Assembly: GCF_003704095.1 (NCBI RefSeq)
Contig: NW_020844822.1
Span: forward strand, 1 to 64,000
Direction: 5' to 3'
Origin: Pocillopora damicornis
Lineage: Eukaryota
DNA: 64,000 nt
Positions within the stretch are counted from its first letter, which is position 1; each line of letters opens with the position of its first letter. Positions 60,501-64,000 of this stretch are shown one piece after another. The notes under the pieces were generated by a model. That model saw only the letters and a list, made by a program, of their open reading frames with translations, did no database searches and had not been told where the DNA came from. The translations under genes and the position numbers were made by a program.

Positions 60501-62021
60501 ATCTCATCCTGCTTTGTTTCGTCCTAGTATCACCCAGCAGTTGGGGCCACTGTGATTGTACTCAGCAAAGAAATTGAAATCTACTCTGCTGCCCTGAGGA
60601 TTGAAGCTCACTTTGTGGGACTGAGGTAAGTTCATATCTCTTCCGTAGGGGGTGGGAAAGTAGGGAAATCTATCACGTGCCCGCATTAGTTTGTCATAAT
60701 AGTATAAATGAACGAAGCTTCTTCAAAGCAAGTGCTTGCAGGAAATTTCTCGTCTATTAACCCTTTCCATTTTGCATGCTTCGTCTCTAGGTACATCATG
60801 ATCAACTGGCCTGTAACATCAGCTTTACTGTCAATTACCATAAACTTTTTCATCATCAGCGCCGTGTTCTTCTTCGCGTACAGCGCTTTCTCGCCCGACT
60901 CAGGCTACGAAGAGCACGTAGAACAGCCTCAAGCAGATTTAGACACCGTCACTGAAGAACAACAGCGCACGCTCTCACGAAGACGAGCTAGAGGGGGACG
61001 AGACAGGCCTGGAACCGAGGATATTCCCTCGGCCTCTTCAACCCGGCCGCCCAGGACGGGTAGGTTGAAGCCCAAAAAACTTTCTTCGTCACGCACCCAA
61101 GCACCCAGTCGTACAAACGGAGGAATGACAAGATGTGCCTCCTTTCCTTCCTCTAGGTGGGACTGGTGCATTCTTCAAAGGGCTCCAACTTCGGCTGCAC
61201 ACAAGGCACCCTGTTCCCTCCATAGAAACGGTCCGCGTTACCATAGTAACGATGATCTGGGTTGCCGGACGGGCTTTTCGTGTCCTGGTGTCGTTGCCGA
61301 TGGGGATGGTGAGTATGGCGGCCAAGCTGCCCACTTCCAGAATACTCGGCACTCACCAGTCGACACAGAACCCTACTACATCTTGAGTTTCCGTGAGGGA
61401 AAAGCGTGGAGAAGTGAAAGGAGGCATGGAAGTGACAATGGCGATGGGTATGCTGTGGCACAGTATAGATCCAGTGAGGATTGGTATCCTGTGGTGCGAC
61501 AAAGAGCCGGTGACGATGTATTTCCCGCTCTGCAGCCTGGCTCTAGTGGCTTGAGATCAAGGCGCACCTGGAAGAAAGTTCCGGAACATGACACAATGTC
61601 TAGTGGCAGCTCAACAGAGTGCGTTCATACACGAAGGAATCGGCAATTACTGGGGGCAAGACCTCGTGGTAAGAGCTTTGATTCCGTACGCGGATGTAAC
61701 CACCCTGCATACGGACGTGATTTTGATCATAACTGCCATCACGAGTGCAGAGATGGCAGTGATCCATCTATCTACGAGCACTTGCACAGCAGGGTTCCTG
61801 ATGGTGCTGCTTCCTCGTCAGAGTACCTTCACAATTTGGCCTCAGGGGCCGTGAGCACACAGGACAGTGGTCTTGTCTCTTCAGAACAAAGCGTGAATCG
61901 GCCTGTAAACGACAGCGAGCACGGAGCGTCGATACACAAACGATCGGTGAACAAGACTCGAGCCAGATTTGGACTTTCATTGAAGAGGATGCTTTCAAAA
62001 AAAGACGACAAGTCCTCGTGA
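57594..62021 (+). CDS. BSCL2: Seipin, 629 aa, 7 exons, with long C-terminal tail
   Basis: Exons 57594-57796, 57910-57988, 58346-58421, 59012-59079, 59710-59844, 60528-60625, 60791-62021 total 1890 nt. Motifs [91 protein letters not shown]. Confidence 0.93.
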
Positions 62022-64000
62022 TGAAAATGTTTTGACGCTTAACCTTCACGTGTTTTATTCTTCTTCTTCTTTAAAACGCTCCTAAGTTTGACGCTTGTCT
62101 CTGATTGTTCGCTTTTAATTTTTGTGCCTGAATCACGGCCAACCGTAATATTCCTGAAAAAATCGTCAATACCCCTCTCAAAATCAAGAATTTTTATCCA
62201 CACACAGAGAGACACCTTTGTTTTAGAGAGGCCCGAGGTGAGAAACAAACACAGTTTTTTTTTAATTGCTTCAAAAGCATCGGTCATAATTGTGATCCAT
62301 TTGTTGGTATCTCCTGCGCGGAAATTCCTTGTATAAGACAGTTTCTTGTTACCTTGCAGACACAAAAGGCGCGGGACTTTTCTTGTTCCTGAAAAGTGTG
62401 AAAAGTGTACGCCGAGGGTAATCCGTGTTTAAGTTTAGTCCTGAATATTAGAAATTTTGCGTACTAAAGTTTTATCAACACGGGCGAAATTTGTCGCCAA
62501 AGTCAAAGTCAACTTGGAGGGCGACTTATCTAGGTTGTCGTAGCGTATGTTAAGATTACCTTTGTTGGATCCATGCATGGTAATTGGAAGTTTACTTTCT
62601 GTTCTTTTGGCATGTGCGCTTTTTCATTAGCGATTTTAGTATGTAGCGTCAAACGATAGATGAGAAGGTTCATCTCAATTTACCCCCTTGGTGCGCATGG
62701 CTTAAATTTGTCTCAGTACACAACTCTTGAACGAATAATTCAGGACTATTCTCTCCAGAGGAGTAAGATAATTGTTCTTGGCGCTCTTTTAACTGAAATA
62801 TTGGGCAGAAAATTTGTGTTGACAGAGGAAGGTGCGTTGATTTCGGTGATACCAAGGAAAAGAATACCGATGAGAAATTCTGTCACGGATAACAGACTTT
62901 GTTTTATTTGAGACCCGTTTTATTTGAATAGATTGTTTTACTTTTTCAGATGTTGTGTAAATTAAAATGTTTTGGGTTCTTGGGAGAAGATTCTTATTTA
63001 AAATTAAATGACATTAATAGAAAGGTGTTCTACATTATTTGTAGAAATTCTCGCGCGCAAGAACTATTGTCAATAAGGTTAGATATATGATTTTAAAAAT
63101 TTAAAGTCGCTTAAGGTTAGAGATAATAAAATTGACTTAATAGGTAATTCAAAGACCGGCATACTTGAAGAAATTTTGAAGAAGAACTTGTCGAGATAGA
63201 AGATAAAGCGGAGGAAAATCTTCAGAATTACGAATCCGGTTATCAGTTCGCAAAGTTGAAAGACAGACAACCACCTAGAAATACTTCCCGATGCCGAAGC
63301 AAATGGCACAAAAATTAAAATCAAGAGGGCCATATAACAACGATTCAGGGCAACAGAGTCAATTGCCATCCATTTCTTTTCTGGTATTTCATTGCAGAAG
63401 TCATTACACGACGCAAATCAAAACAAACAGCGAAGCAACCGTCGATCATGTAACGCGCGCTCAATTTTTCAAACAAATTTGGCGCATTCACTTGGCATAA
63501 AAATTTCTATGTTCATGTAAAAATCAAATTGATCAAAATTTCCATTGCTATAACCTTATTGATCATAAAAATGACGTCAAAAATGTTCAAAACTTTGCAG
63601 TGAAACTACTCGGCTGCGTCTTGTGGTTTCACTTCAGATTTGAACATTGTTGACGTCATTCAATCATCATTAAGGTTATCGACGATGGAAAATTGCAGTC
63701 AATTGTTTAGTCAGACGCACTCGTGCGTTGAACGCATGACCCTCAGCAAGGAAGAACGGAGTTACGTTAACGCTGAACTGGGCAAATTGTCTCTCGGTTG
63801 CAAAAATTTACTAGCCATGGATTATGTACGCTCCTCTCTAATTAAGCTAGCGAACCGGTTTGAATTTTAATTTCAAATTAGTTTCTTATGGTACTTGCAA
63901 GAAGAATTTGACAATAGAGAGCTTAATCTTTGAGTTCGCGATAATTTCCTTCATTCTCATGATCTCAATGTATGCTTCAGGGCCGATATTGTAGGGAGAA

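Overview
Eukaryotic, intron-rich, AT-rich animal DNA with four N-gaps (2549-2621, 11756-11855, 13808-14101, 24865-25003). Repeat content and gene style suggest a cnidarian, probably a scleractinian coral (inference only). I reconstructed nine protein-coding genes by hand from GT-AG junctions and reading phase: TANGO1/MIA3-like (+), C19orf47-like (-), ISYNA1 (+), an intronless 4-EF-hand protein (+), a divergent MGAT2-like glycosyltransferase (+), an SCPx-type thiolase lacking the SCP2 domain (+), two tandem intronless class-A GPCRs (-) and seipin/BSCL2 (+). Introns and spacers hold about 20 TTAA-flanked piggyBac-like MITEs, some carrying nested insertions, plus hAT- and Harbinger-like MITEs, tRNA-derived SINE fragments, minisatellites and hairpins. 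The most notable points are non-canonical domain architectures in several ER/lipid genes and a TGACGTG element shared by three promoters. No prokaryotic-type system (CRISPR, operon) is present, and I found no single clear-cut novel system.
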